Source of the DNA: an uncultured Clostridia bacterium | Lineage (GTDB): Bacteria > Bacillota > Clostridia > Oscillospirales > CAG-272 | Direction of reading: 5' to 3' | DNA: 64,000 nt | Assembly (NCBI GenBank): GCA_944391805.1 | Contig: CALXUY010000036.1 | Location: 4,772 to 68,771, forward strand | Shown here: positions 33,303-43,002 of the stretch, piece by piece | Layout: the number at the start of each line of letters is the position of its first letter | How positions within the stretch are numbered: the first letter of the stretch is position 1 | Position numbers and translations under genes: made by a program | Notes under the pieces: generated by a model | Seen by the model: only the letters and a program-made list of their open reading frames with translations | Database searches by the model: none | What the model was told of the DNA's origin: nothing

Positions 33303-35039
33303 TTACTCCACATCCTGCAGTGCGTCGTAGCCCTCCTCGCCGGTGCGGACCTTGACGGCGTTTTCCACATCATAAACGAAGATCTTGCCGTCGCCGATAT
33401 GTCCGGTGTAGAGCACCTTTTTGGCGGTTTCGATCACATCGCGCACAGGCACCTTGCTGACCACAATGTCAACCTGCACCTTGGGCAGCAGGCTTGCCTC
33501 CACCGGCACGCCGCGGTAATACTCCGGCTTGCCCTTCTGCGCGCCGCAGCCCAGCACATGCGAGACGGTCATACCCGTGATACCGATGCCCATCATCGCG
33601 TTCTTCAGCGTCTCCAAACGCGCCTCTTTACAGATGATTTCCACCTTTGTCAGCTTGGGAACGCTGCCCTCCGGCACTATGGGCACCTGTTTGACGGGAA
33701 TTGCCTCCGCAACGGGCGCATCGCCCGTGACGGCAGGCGCAGAAGCCGGCTCGCCGTAGTCAAGGCTTTCCACCGCGGTGACAAAATCGGGATATGCATG
33801 GTTGCCGTGCTCGCCGATGTCAAGGCCGGCGATCTCCTCTTCGGCCGAGACGCGGATGCCGACCGTCTTTTTCAGGATCAGCCAGACAACCGAGGAAGCG
33901 ACAAAGGTAAACGCGCCGACCGCGACAATCCCCAGAAGCTGCGTTCCGAGCAGCCCGAACCCGCCGCCGTAAAACAGTCCGTTTGTGGTGGAAAGTGAGG
34001 TAACTCCCTCCTTTGCAAACAGCCCCACAAAAACGGTTCCGAGTACGCCGCAGCCGAGATGCACCGAGGTGGCGCCCACCGGGTCGTCAATCTTGATGCG
34101 GTCAAAGAACATCACGGCAAACACCACGAACACACCGGCAATCGCGCCGATCAGCAGCGAAACCTCAATCGTGAAGTAGGCACATCCGCCTGTGACGGCA
34201 ACCAGACCGGCCAAGCAGCCGTTGACGGTCATGCCCAGGTCCGGCTTGCCGATGAAGATCCATGCGGTGATTGTGGATGTCACCACCGCGGCGATTGCGG
34301 AGGTGTTGGTGGTCATCAGGATGTGCATGATGTCGGAGGGGTTCTGAAAGCTCATGGTGGAGCCTGGGTTGAAGCCGAACCAGCCCAGCCAGAGCACGAA
34401 CAGGCCGATCACCGCCAGCGACATATTGTGCCCGGGAATGGCGCGGGGCTTTCCGTTTTTGTCGTACTTTCCGATCCGCGGGCCCAGTATCATGGCACCG
34501 GAAAGTGCCGCCCAGCCGCCCACCGAGTGCACCACGGTATCGCCGGCAAAATCCATAAAGCCGAGATCGGCGAGCCATCCGCCGCCCCATACCCAGTGCC
34601 CGACCACCGGATAGATGACCAGCGTCAGCACAAACGAAAAGATGATAAAGGAGATGTACTTGACCCGTTCCGCAACCGCGCCCGAAACGATGGTTGCGGC
34701 CGTGCCGCAGAACACAAGCTGGAAGAAGAACTTGCCCCAGAACGGCACGCTGGAGGTCAGCGTATCGTCATAGGCCGAGAGATCCGCGTTGCCGAGGATC
34801 CAGAGGTGCTCGGTGCCGAGGATCGGGTTGTCGCCGCCGAACATCAGCCCCCACCCCAGGAGCAGAAAGCCCAGCGAGGAAATGGCAAACACAATGAAGT
34901 TTTTGGAGAGAATGTTGACGGTATTTTTTGATCTGGCAAAGCCGGCCTCTACCGAGGCAAAGCCGAGATTCATAAAGAACACCAGAATCGCGGCGAGAAA
35001 GACCCATAGCGTATCTATCAAACTGAACATTTCTGTCAC
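33303..35039 (-). CDS. amt: Ammonium transporter fused to a C-terminal P-II (GlnK/GlnB-like) domain
   Basis: Amt N-terminus (FFMNLGFASVEAGFARSKN) and about 11 TM helices. A Pro/Ala linker follows, then a P-II fold sequence KVEIICK...GITGMTVSHVLGCGAQKGKPEYYRG...DGKIFVYDVENAVKVRTGE. Confidence 0.85.
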   Translation of the reverse strand: MTEMFSLIDTLWVFLAAILVFFMNLGFASVEAGFARSKNTVNILSKNFIVFAISSLGFLLLGWGLMFGGDNPILGTEHLWILGNADLSAYDDTLTSSVPFWGKFFFQLVFCGTAATIVSGAVAERVKYISFIIFSFVLTLVIYPVVGHWVWGGGWLADLGFMDFAGDTVVHSVGGWAALSGAMILGPRIGKYDKNGKPRAIPGHNMSLAVIGLFVLWLGWFGFNPGSTMSFQNPSDIMHILMTTNTSAIAAVVTSTITAWIFIGKPDLGMTVNGCLAGLVAVTGGCAYFTIEVSLLIGAIAGVFVVFAVMFFDRIKIDDPVGATSVHLGCGVLGTVFVGLFAKEGVTSLSTTNGLFYGGGFGLLGTQLLGIVAVGAFTFVASSVVWLILKKTVGIRVSAEEEIAGLDIGEHGNHAYPDFVTAVESLDYGEPASAPAVTGDAPVAEAIPVKQVPIVPEGSVPKLTKVEIICKEARLETLKNAMMGIGITGMTVSHVLGCGAQKGKPEYYRGVPVEASLLPKVQVDIVVSKVPVRDVIETAKKVLYTGHIGDGKIFVYDVENAVKVRTGEEGYDALQDVE

Positions 35040-35083
35040 CTCTCTGATTCGATGAATTGGTGGTTCCCTGCCTGAGGAACGGG

Positions 35084-37180
35084 TTATTTCACGCCGAACA
35101 GCAGATCCCCATAGGTCGGGAACGGCCAGTATTTTTCGGCGGTTACGGTCTCGGCCTCATCGCACACCACACGCAGCTTGCTCATGGCGGCCAGCACCGT
35201 GTCGCGGATGGCATAGGATTCCTCGCAGATGTCGTCAGCCTCCTTCAGACCGAGCAGCACGGTCTCCAGCTCGGCGGTGTACTGCGAGATCTGGTCGGCA
35301 AGCATCGACAGCTTTTTGAGCGTTCCCTTCTCATAGCCGCAGGAGACGTCGCTGCCCACAGCCTGCTTCTTGGCAATGCTCCCGGCCAGCTCACCGGCAT
35401 ATCCGGCCACCGCCGGCAGAATCTGCTTCTTCACCATATCCACCATGGTGTTGGCCTCGATCACCACGGTCTTGCAGTAGTTCTCCAGCATGATCTCGCA
35501 TCTGGACTTCAGCTCAACCTCGGAATAGACCTTGTGAGAGACCAGCATTCTGACGTTCTTTTCGTCCAGCAGGTGGGGCATACAGTCGGGCGTGGTGCGG
35601 TAGTTGCAAAGGCCTCTCTTCTCGGTGGCCTCCTTGATCCATGCGTCGTCGTACCCGTTTCCGTTGAAAATGATGCGCTTGTGATCCTTGATGGTCTTTT
35701 TGATCATCTCGTGCAGGGCGGTTTCAAAATCGGCGGCCCCCTCGAGACGGTCGGCGTAAATCCTGAGCGATTCGGCAACCGCGGCATTGAGCATGATGTT
35801 GGCGCAGGCGATGCTGTTGGAGGAGCCGAGCATCCGGAACTCGAACTTGTTGCCCGTGGAGGCAAACGGTGAGGTGCGGTTGCGGTCGGTGGTAGCTCGG
35901 TTGAATTTGGGAAGCACATCCGCGCCGAGCTTCATCTGCGTCTTGGCGATTCCGCTGTAGGGCGCGTCGGTTTCAATGGCCTCCAGAACCGCGTTCAGCT
36001 CGTCGCCGAGGAAGATGGAAACCACAGCCGGCGGTGCTTCATTCGCCCCGAGACGGTGATCGTTGCCGGCAGTGGCCACGGCAATGCGAAGCAGATCCTG
36101 GTAATCGTCAACCGCCTGGATCACCGCGCACAGGAAGAGCAGGAACTGCGCATTCTCATACGGCGTCTCACCGGGGGACAAAAGGTTCTGTCCCGCGTCG
36201 GTCGCGATCGACCAGTTGTTGTGCTTGCCGCTCCCGTTGACCCCCGCAAAGGGCTTTTCGTGCAGCAGGCAGACCAGCCCGTGCCGCAGCGCAACCTTCT
36301 GCATGATCTCCATCGTGAGCTGGTTGTGGTCGGTTGCGATGTTGGTGGTGGAGTAGATCGGCGCCAGCTCATGCTGCGCGGGAGCCACCTCGTTGTGCTC
36401 GGTCTTGGCATAAATGCCCAGCTTCCACAGCTCCTCGTTCAGATCCTCCATGTAGGCGGCAACGCGGGGCTTGATGACGCCGAAATAATGGTCATCCATT
36501 TCCTGCCCCTTGGGGGGCTTTGCCCCGAACAGCGTGCGGCCGGTGTAAATCAGATCCTTTCTTTGATTGTACATCTCTCTGTCAACCAGAAAATACTCCT
36601 GCTCCGGCCCTACGCTGCTGATGACCCGTTTGACGCTGGTGTTTCCGAACAGCCGCAGAATGCGCAGCGCCTGCTGGCTGAGCGCCTCCATCGAGCGCAG
36701 CAGCGGTGTCTTTTTGTCGAGCGCTTCCCCGCCATAGGAACAGAACGCGGTGGGGATGCACAGCGTTTTTCCCTTGATAAACGCATAGGAGGTGGGGTCC
36801 CATGCGGTGTAGCCTCTTGCCTCAAAGGTGGCGCGCAGCCCGCCCGACGGGAAGGAGGAGGCGTCCGGCTCCCCCTTGATCAGCTCCTTGCCCGAAAATT
36901 CCATGATCACGCCGCCGTCCGGCGCGGGGGAAATGAAGCTGTCGTGCTTCTCTGCGGTCACGCCGGTGAGCGGCTGGAACCAGTGCGTATAGTGCGTGGC
37001 TCCCCGCTCTACAGCCCAATCCTTCATCGCCGCGGCGACAACGTTCGCCACGGTGAGGTCAAGCTCCTTCCCCTCGTCAATGGTCTTTTTGAGCGAAGCG
37101 TACACCTCTGCAGGAAGCATCGACTTCATCACTCTGTCATCAAAGACCAGGCTGCCGAACTCTTCTTTTACCGTTGCCAT
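35084..37180 (-). CDS. Glutamine synthetase type III
   Basis: 698 aa. N-terminus [34 protein letters not shown]...[14 protein letters not shown] is typical of GS type III. AAGGAG RBS before the ATG at 37180. The 150 codons upstream in the track belong to the leader. Confidence 0.9.
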   Translation of the reverse strand: MATVKEEFGSLVFDDRVMKSMLPAEVYASLKKTIDEGKELDLTVANVVAAAMKDWAVERGATHYTHWFQPLTGVTAEKHDSFISPAPDGGVIMEFSGKELIKGEPDASSFPSGGLRATFEARGYTAWDPTSYAFIKGKTLCIPTAFCSYGGEALDKKTPLLRSMEALSQQALRILRLFGNTSVKRVISSVGPEQEYFLVDREMYNQRKDLIYTGRTLFGAKPPKGQEMDDHYFGVIKPRVAAYMEDLNEELWKLGIYAKTEHNEVAPAQHELAPIYSTTNIATDHNQLTMEIMQKVALRHGLVCLLHEKPFAGVNGSGKHNNWSIATDAGQNLLSPGETPYENAQFLLFLCAVIQAVDDYQDLLRIAVATAGNDHRLGANEAPPAVVSIFLGDELNAVLEAIETDAPYSGIAKTQMKLGADVLPKFNRATTDRNRTSPFASTGNKFEFRMLGSSNSIACANIMLNAAVAESLRIYADRLEGAADFETALHEMIKKTIKDHKRIIFNGNGYDDAWIKEATEKRGLCNYRTTPDCMPHLLDEKNVRMLVSHKVYSEVELKSRCEIMLENYCKTVVIEANTMVDMVKKQILPAVAGYAGELAGSIAKKQAVGSDVSCGYEKGTLKKLSMLADQISQYTAELETVLLGLKEADDICEESYAIRDTVLAAMSKLRVVCDEAETVTAEKYWPFPTYGDLLFGVK

Positions 37181-37197
37181 ACTGTATTCTCCTTTGT

Positions 37198-37250
37198 AAA
37201 TAAAGATAAAGACGCCCCATGGTTTTCCACATGTAAGACGTCTTTGCCTT
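37198..37250 (-). terminator. Leader terminator 2 of GS type III, with an overlapping hexaloop hairpin
   Basis: Minus RNA forms AAAGACG...CGTCTTT followed by ATCTTTATTT, immediately before the RBS. The alternative hairpin AAGGC-AAAGAC-GTCTT (37235-37250) uses the terminator's 5' arm. Confidence 0.5.
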
Positions 37251-37620
37251 TGTGATTGATATGATTGTAGACGAAAGCATTTCCGGCCTTCACAGCGCCG
37301 GCTGATCACTGCGGAAGGACGAGTGCCGCTGCACGGCTGCGCCGCAAAGCAAACCCCGGCTCCCGGTATGCTGCACCTGTCCCCAGATGAAGGGATCGGT
37401 TCACGACTGCAAAACCGTTGCTGCCGCCCGGCAGTGCAATCGTTCCGGAAATCCCGCTTCCCCTGCGCGCTTTGCCATGCTCCATTGCTGCCTCCGCAGC
37501 TCTGGAAGGCGGCCTTCCGGTCCGGGAAAGCACCCGCGCGCAGAAATGCAAACCGGCTGTCCGCTCTGTTGTTTGCCATGCGTCCGGTCTCACAGCATTC
37601 CCTCCTTTTCCGCGCCAACC

Positions 37621-37672
37621 AAAAAAGCAAAGGCGTCTCCGATGGGTCCCCCCATCAAGACGCCTTTGCCTT
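37621..37672 (-). terminator. Leader terminator 1 of GS type III, with an overlapping hexaloop hairpin
   Basis: 12-bp stem GCAAAGGCGTCT / AGACGCCTTTGC plus TTTTTT, starting about 15 nt after the predicted transcription start. The alternative hairpin AAGGC-AAAGGC-GTCTT lies at 37657-37672. Confidence 0.6.
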
Positions 37673-37682
37673 TACGCCGCCT

Positions 37683-37711
37683 ATTATACACCTTCCGCAA
37701 GCGTTTGTCAA
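37683..37711 (-). promoter_or_regulatory. Consensus promoter of GS type III and amt-PII
   Basis: Minus strand reads TTGACA, 17 nt, TATAAT. Confidence 0.6.
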
Positions 37712-37773
37712 GGGGTTTTTGAAAAGTTTTTTGAAAAATCTTGCAGAATCCGAAATTTTTTGATGAAAATGGC

Positions 37774-37802
37774 TTGACATTCTGCAAGATGCGTGCTATA
37801 AT
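37774..37802 (+). promoter_or_regulatory. Consensus promoter of the GOGAT / GS type I / ANTAR operon
   Basis: TTGACA, 17 nt, TATAAT. Divergent from the GS type III promoter, with 62 bp between the two -35 boxes. Confidence 0.6.
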
Positions 37803-37809
37803 ACTTGCA

Positions 37810-37872
37810 TATGAGCAATGGCGTTCATGGGCGACAGCAACCGCTGTCCCTCCGTGAACGTCTTTCTTTTTT
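37810..37872 (+). terminator. Leader attenuator of the GOGAT operon (hexaloop hairpin plus terminator)
   Basis: Hairpin TATGAGC-AATGGC-GTTCATG (37810-37829) overlaps the 5' arm of an 11-bp terminator stem (37820-37830 with 37852-37862), followed by TTTCTTTTTT. Confidence 0.55.
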
Positions 37873-37895
37873 CATTGGAAAGGCTGGGTTGATAT

Positions 37896-38990
37896 ATGTT
37901 GAAAGAAGGTCAGGTGCGCATTCCGTCCGGGTGCGCGATTGCGGCTGTCATTGCCAGGGACGGCGAGAGGATGTCCGGCAGACAGATTGTCGACGCGATG
38001 AAGCCCATGCATGACCGCTCCAACGGTCTGGGAGGCGGGTTTGCCGCTTACGGAATTTATCCGGAATACCGGGATCTGTACGCGCTGCATTTTTTCTTTG
38101 ACGAGCGCGCGACCAGAAAGAACTGCGAGATCTTTCTGAAGGAACGCTTTGAAATTGTGAAATCCGAAATCATTCCCACGCGCAAAATTGCCGCGATTAC
38201 CGATGAACCGATTATCTGGAGATATTTTGTCGCGCCGCTGCGCTCGGTTCTGGCCTCGATGCAGGTGGACGAAAAGGAATTTGTGGTGCGCACAGCCATG
38301 AAAATCAACACCGAAATGCCTGGCGCATACGTATTCTCCTGCGGGAAGAACATGGGAACCTTCAAAGCCGTGGGCTTCCCGGAGGACGTCGGCGAATTTT
38401 ACCGGCTGGAGGAATACGAGGGCTACTCCTGGACCGCGCACGGCAGATACCCGACCAACACGCCCGGCTGGTGGGGCGGTGCGCACCCGTTCACCCTGCT
38501 CGATTACTCGGTTGTGCACAACGGAGAGATCTCCTCCTACGACGCGAACAGGAGATATATTGAAATGTTCGGCTATCAGTGCAATCTGCAAACCGATACC
38601 GAGGTCATCACCTATATTATGGATTACCTGCTGCGTGTGCAGGGGCTGACGCTGGAAGAGGCAGCGAGCGTGGTGGCAGCTCCCTTCTGGAGCACCATTG
38701 AAAACAAAACCGACCCCGCGGAAAGGGAAAAATACGTCTATCTGCGCACGCTCTTCCCGAGCCTGCTGGTCACCGGGCCGTTTTCGATTATTCTCGGCTT
38801 CAACGGCGGGCTGATGGCGCTGAACGACCGCCTGAAGCTGCGCTCGATGGTTGCCGGAGAAAAGGGCAACAGGGTTTATATCGCGAGCGAGGAGGCCGCC
38901 ATCCGCGTCATGGAGCCGGACGCCGAAAATATCTGGGCGCCGGCCGGCGGCGAGCCGGTCATTATCAAGGTACAGGAGGGGTGCTTCTGA
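37896..38990 (+). CDS. Class II glutamine amidotransferase (archaeal-type glutamate synthase domain 1)
   Basis: PSGCAIAAVI (Cys nucleophile region), HGRYPTNTPG and VHNGEISSY motifs. First gene of the split GOGAT cluster. Confidence 0.8.
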   Translation: MLKEGQVRIPSGCAIAAVIARDGERMSGRQIVDAMKPMHDRSNGLGGGFAAYGIYPEYRDLYALHFFFDERATRKNCEIFLKERFEIVKSEIIPTRKIAAITDEPIIWRYFVAPLRSVLASMQVDEKEFVVRTAMKINTEMPGAYVFSCGKNMGTFKAVGFPEDVGEFYRLEEYEGYSWTAHGRYPTNTPGWWGGAHPFTLLDYSVVHNGEISSYDANRRYIEMFGYQCNLQTDTEVITYIMDYLLRVQGLTLEEAASVVAAPFWSTIENKTDPAEREKYVYLRTLFPSLLVTGPFSIILGFNGGLMALNDRLKLRSMVAGEKGNRVYIASEEAAIRVMEPDAENIWAPAGGEPVIIKVQEGCF

Positions 38991-40495
38991 TGAGTGTCCG
39001 TTTCATCTATCCCGAATTTGAGGTGATCCGCAACGAGAGCCGCTGCATCACCTGCCGCGTTTGCGAACGACAGTGTGCGAACGAGGTGCATACATACGAT
39101 GAGAACCGCAAGGTCATGCTCAGCGACGAATCCAAGTGTGTGGATTGCCAGCGCTGTGTTTCGCTCTGCCCCACCCGGGCACTGAAGATTGTAAAAAGCG
39201 ACTGCGCGCTGCGCGAAAACGCGAACTGGCAGCAGGATACCATTCACGAGATTTACAAGCAGGCCGAGAGCGGCGGCGTGCTGCTCTCCTCGATGGGAAA
39301 TCCAAAGCCGCTTCCGGTGTATTGGGACCATATTCTGATCAACGCCTCGCAGGTCACCAATCCCCCGATCGACCCGCTGCGCGAGCCGATGGAAACCAAG
39401 GTCTTTCTGGGCAAAAAGTCCGAAAAAATCCGGCGCGATGCAAACGGCCGGCTGCTCTGCAGGCTGCCTCCGCAGCTCGAGCTGTCGATGCCGATGATGT
39501 TCTCGGCGATGAGCTACGGCTCCATCAGCTACAACGCGCATGAGAGCCTGGCCCGCGCGGCGCGGGAGCTTGGCATTCTCTACAACACGGGAGAGGGCGG
39601 CCTGCACGAGGATTTTTATGTCTACGGCGAGAACACCGTTGTGCAGGTGGCTTCCGGCCGCTTCGGCGTTCACGAGGAGTATCTGAAGGCCGGCGCGGCG
39701 GTGGAAATCAAAATGGGTCAGGGGGCAAAGCCCGGCATCGGCGGACATCTGCCGGGGGCAAAAATCGTGGGGGACGTCTCGCGCACCCGCATGATTCCCG
39801 AAGGCTCGGACGCGATCTCCCCCGCGCCGCACCACGATATTTACTCAATTGAAGACCTGCGCCAGCTTGTGTTCTCGATCAAGGAGGCGACCGAATACAA
39901 AAAGCCGGTGATTGTAAAGGTTGCGGCGGTTCACAACATCGCCGCCATTGCCAGCGGCATTGCGCGCAGCGGCGCGGACATCATCGCCATCGACGGCTTT
40001 CGGGGCGGCACCGGCGCGGCTCCCACCCGCATCCGGGACAACGTCGGCATTCCGATCGAGCTGGCACTGGCAGCGGTGGATCAGCGGCTGCGGGATGAAG
40101 GGATCCGCAACAACGTGTCGCTGGTGGTCGGCGGCAGCATCCGCTCGGCTGCCGATGTGGTAAAAGCCATTGCTCTGGGCGCCGACGCCTGCTATATTGC
40201 CACCGCGGCGCTTCTGGCGCTGGGCTGCCACCTCTGCCGCACCTGCCAGACCGGCAAATGCAACTGGGGCATTGCCACACAGCGCCCCGAGCTGGTCAAG
40301 CGTCTCAATCCCGACCTCGGCTCCCGGCGGCTGGTCAATCTGATGCGCGCATGGCAGCATGAGATCAAGGAGCTGATGGGCGGCATGGGAATCAACTCGA
40401 TTGAGGCGCTGCGCGGCAACCGCCTGATGCTGCGCGGCGTTGGGCTGACCAACAGAGAGCTGCGGATTCTCGGAATTTCCCACGCCGGGGAATGA
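38990..40495 (+). CDS. Glutamate synthase FMN-binding domain protein with an N-terminal 2x[4Fe-4S] ferredoxin module
   Basis: CITCRVCERQC and CVDCQRCVSLCP clusters, then the GltB domain 2 motifs GEGG, IKMGQGAKPGIGGHLPG and IAIDGFRGGTGAAP. ATG overlaps the upstream TGA. Confidence 0.85.
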   Translation: MSVRFIYPEFEVIRNESRCITCRVCERQCANEVHTYDENRKVMLSDESKCVDCQRCVSLCPTRALKIVKSDCALRENANWQQDTIHEIYKQAESGGVLLSSMGNPKPLPVYWDHILINASQVTNPPIDPLREPMETKVFLGKKSEKIRRDANGRLLCRLPPQLELSMPMMFSAMSYGSISYNAHESLARAARELGILYNTGEGGLHEDFYVYGENTVVQVASGRFGVHEEYLKAGAAVEIKMGQGAKPGIGGHLPGAKIVGDVSRTRMIPEGSDAISPAPHHDIYSIEDLRQLVFSIKEATEYKKPVIVKVAAVHNIAAIASGIARSGADIIAIDGFRGGTGAAPTRIRDNVGIPIELALAAVDQRLRDEGIRNNVSLVVGGSIRSAADVVKAIALGADACYIATAALLALGCHLCRTCQTGKCNWGIATQRPELVKRLNPDLGSRRLVNLMRAWQHEIKELMGGMGINSIEALRGNRLMLRGVGLTNRELRILGISHAGE

Positions 40496-40514
40496 AAGGT
40501 GAGGTACGGTTATC

Positions 40515-40943
40515 ATGAAGCGGATTTATGTCAACGAAAAGTGGTGCCTTGGCTGCCACCTGTGCGAATACAACTGTGCGTTTGCCAATTCCGGCATGAA
40601 AAATATGGCCGACGCGCTCAAGGGCAAGCCGATTTACCCGAGAATCCACATCGAAGGAGACGAAAAAATCGCTTACGCGGTTTCCTGCCGCCACTGCACC
40701 GACCCGATTTGCGTCAAAAGCTGCATCGCGGGCGCGCTTTCGGTTCGGGACGGCGTCATCCGGATCGACCGGGAGAGGTGCGTGGGCTGCCTGACCTGCA
40801 TTCTGGTATGTCCCTATGGGGCGCTGGCCGTGGGGGAAACCGGCGTGATGCAGAAGTGCGAGCTTTGCCTGCAGAACGCCTGCGGCGAGCCGGCATGCGT
40901 CAGGGGCTGCCCCAACCATGCGATTGTATATGAGGAGAGGTGA
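40515..40943 (+). CDS. 4Fe-4S dicluster ferredoxin-domain protein
   Basis: CLGCHLCEYNC, CRHC...C and CVGCLTCILVCP motifs. Confidence 0.8.
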   Translation: MKRIYVNEKWCLGCHLCEYNCAFANSGMKNMADALKGKPIYPRIHIEGDEKIAYAVSCRHCTDPICVKSCIAGALSVRDGVIRIDRERCVGCLTCILVCPYGALAVGETGVMQKCELCLQNACGEPACVRGCPNHAIVYEER

Positions 40944-40948
40944 CGGAT

Positions 40949-42196
40949 ATGGCGGAATATGTGATTATCGGAAACGGTGTGGCCGCCGTCGGGTGCATCG
41001 AAGGCATCCGCAGTGTTGACAGGGCCACGCCCATCGCGGTGATTTCGGAGGAGACACATCCTGTATACGGGCGTCCGTTGATCTCCTATTATCTGGAAGG
41101 AAAAAGCAAGCCGGAGAAAATGAACTATCGTCCCGCCAATTTTTATGAGGCGAACAACTGCCGCGTTCTGTATGGCCGTCGTGCGGTTTCGATCGACCGG
41201 GAGGCAAAATCGGTTCTGTTGGACGACGGCTCGGCGCTCCCCTACACCGCCGTATGCGTGGCCACCGGCTCCTCCCCCTTTGTTCCCCCGATCCCGGGGC
41301 TGGAAACCGTGCCCGCGCGCTTCTCCTTCATGACGCTGGACGACGCGCTTGCGCTGGAAAAAGCCATCGGCAGGGACAGCCGCGTGCTGATCGTGGGCGC
41401 GGGTCTGATCGGCCTGAAATGCGCCGAGGGGCTCCGCGCGCGCGTGGGAAGCATTGCGGTCTGCGATCTCGCGCCCCGCGTACTCTCGAGCATTCTCGAC
41501 GACACCTGCGCCGCGATGATGCAGGAGCGGCTCGAGGCCAACGGCATTCGGCTGATGCTCGGCGACACGGTGGCGGAATTCAACGGCGGCCATGCGGTGA
41601 TGAAAAGCGGGGCCGTGGTGGATTTTGACGTTCTGGTCATGGCGGTCGGCGTTCGTGCCAATACCGCATTGGTGAAAGACATCGGGGGCGAGGTCAACCG
41701 CGGCATCCTTGTAGACGCGCGCATGCGCACTTCCCTGCCGGATCTCTACGCCGCCGGCGACTGCACCGAGGGGATGGACGCCTCGCTGGGCGCACGCCGG
41801 GTGCTTGCCATCCTTCCCAACGCCTACCTGCAAGGGCACGCGGCAGGTGTGAATATGGCGGGCGGCCGGGAGGTGTTCGACAAGGCCATTCCGATGAACT
41901 CGATCGGCTTTTTCGGTCTGCACGCCATCACCGCCGGGAGCTATTTCGGCCCGGACGAGGGGGGCGAGCTGTACGAGGAGAAGGGGGACGGATTTCTCAA
42001 ACGCCTGTTCACCCGGGACGGGCTGCTCACGGGCTATATTCTGATCGGCCAGGTGGAACGCGCGGGCATTTACACGGCGCTCATCCGGGAACGGGTTCCT
42101 CTGAACACCGTCAACTTCGAGCTGCTCAAAAAAGCTCCGACCTTATTCGCTTATTCACAAAATCAACGTAGAAATATGCTGGGAGGTGTGGTATAA
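40949..42196 (+). CDS. NAD(P)/FAD-dependent pyridine nucleotide-disulfide oxidoreductase (GOGAT electron-input subunit candidate)
   Basis: Two Rossmann dinucleotide-binding motifs (VIIGNGVAAVG, VLIVGAGLIGLK) and AAGDC. Start is ATG 40949 or GTG 40940. Confidence 0.75.
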   Translation: MAEYVIIGNGVAAVGCIEGIRSVDRATPIAVISEETHPVYGRPLISYYLEGKSKPEKMNYRPANFYEANNCRVLYGRRAVSIDREAKSVLLDDGSALPYTAVCVATGSSPFVPPIPGLETVPARFSFMTLDDALALEKAIGRDSRVLIVGAGLIGLKCAEGLRARVGSIAVCDLAPRVLSSILDDTCAAMMQERLEANGIRLMLGDTVAEFNGGHAVMKSGAVVDFDVLVMAVGVRANTALVKDIGGEVNRGILVDARMRTSLPDLYAAGDCTEGMDASLGARRVLAILPNAYLQGHAAGVNMAGGREVFDKAIPMNSIGFFGLHAITAGSYFGPDEGGELYEEKGDGFLKRLFTRDGLLTGYILIGQVERAGIYTALIRERVPLNTVNFELLKKAPTLFAYSQNQRRNMLGGVV

Positions 42197-42918
42197 TGAA
42201 GAGGATTGACGCGGCCGGAATGGATTATGCCGCTCTGAACGAAGCCATCCGGCAGAGCCGGGGGGATGTCGAGATCACCCACTGCCTCGGGCAGCGCTTC
42301 ATCGCGGCGGGCCTTTCGGACCGGAGCATCACGATTCAGGGCACGCCGGGCAACGCGCTCGGAGCCTACCTCAACGGCGCGGCCATCCGCGTCCGCGGCA
42401 ACGCGCAGGATGCGGTCGGAGACACCATGAACGACGGCTCCATTGTCATCGACGGCAACATCGGCGACGCCGCCGGGTATGCCATGCGAGGCGGAAAGAT
42501 CTATGTCCGGGGCAACGCCGGCTACCGCGCCGGCATTCATATGAAGGAATATCAGGATAAGGTTCCCGTGATGATGATCGGCGGAAAGGCCGGCAGCTTT
42601 CTCGGCGAATATCAGGCCGGAGGGGTGATTGTGGTGCTCGGGCTGGAGGCCTCCGACCGCCCCATTGTCAGCAATTTCCCCTGCACCGGGATGCACGGCG
42701 GAAAAATGCTTCTCCGGTCGGACTGCAAAGGCATCCGCTTCCCGGAGCAGGTCCGCGTTGCGCCGGCCGACCGCAGCGCACTGGATGGGCTGAAAAAATA
42801 TCTCGACGAATATTGCGCCCTGTTCGGGCTGGACGCGGGAGAGCTGCTGTCCGCTCCCTTCACCGTCGTGACACCGGATACCAAAAATCCGTACCATCAG
42901 ATGTATGTGGCAAACTGA
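42196..42918 (+). CDS. GXGXG-motif protein (glutamate synthase domain 3-like)
   Basis: Repeated beta-helix motifs GTPGNALGAYLNGAAIRVRGNAQDAVGDTMNDGSIVIDGNIGDAAGYAMRGGKIYVRGNAGYRAG. Confidence 0.85.
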   Translation: MKRIDAAGMDYAALNEAIRQSRGDVEITHCLGQRFIAAGLSDRSITIQGTPGNALGAYLNGAAIRVRGNAQDAVGDTMNDGSIVIDGNIGDAAGYAMRGGKIYVRGNAGYRAGIHMKEYQDKVPVMMIGGKAGSFLGEYQAGGVIVVLGLEASDRPIVSNFPCTGMHGGKMLLRSDCKGIRFPEQVRVAPADRSALDGLKKYLDEYCALFGLDAGELLSAPFTVVTPDTKNPYHQMYVAN

Positions 42919-43002
42919 AGCGGCAGACCGCGGCTATGCCGGGACGCCGCCCGACACAATCAAACAAATTGCCGCCGCAGGGCGGCGGAATGGAGGAGCT
43001 TC

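Noticed and set aside
37306-37593. 95-codon GTG ORF with a GGAGGG RBS inside the GS type III leader
   Set aside because: The product is Arg/Ala/Gly-rich and looks like translated GC-rich non-coding RNA. Kept only as a note under the leader finding; frame conservation would need checking.
35084-37630. N-terminal extensions in the ORF track for GS type III (150 extra codons). The same applies to pyrG, carA, thrC, tig, rnhB and apgM.
   Set aside because: The family N-termini begin at internal ATGs that have good RBSs. The upstream codons lie in leaders, terminators or promoters and have non-protein-like composition.
37621-37872. Canonical dual-hairpin ANTAR site
   Set aside because: I looked for a second hexaloop hairpin upstream of each terminator-overlapping hairpin and found none. 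In two cases the predicted transcription starts leave no room for one. The ANTAR link is therefore reported as inference only.
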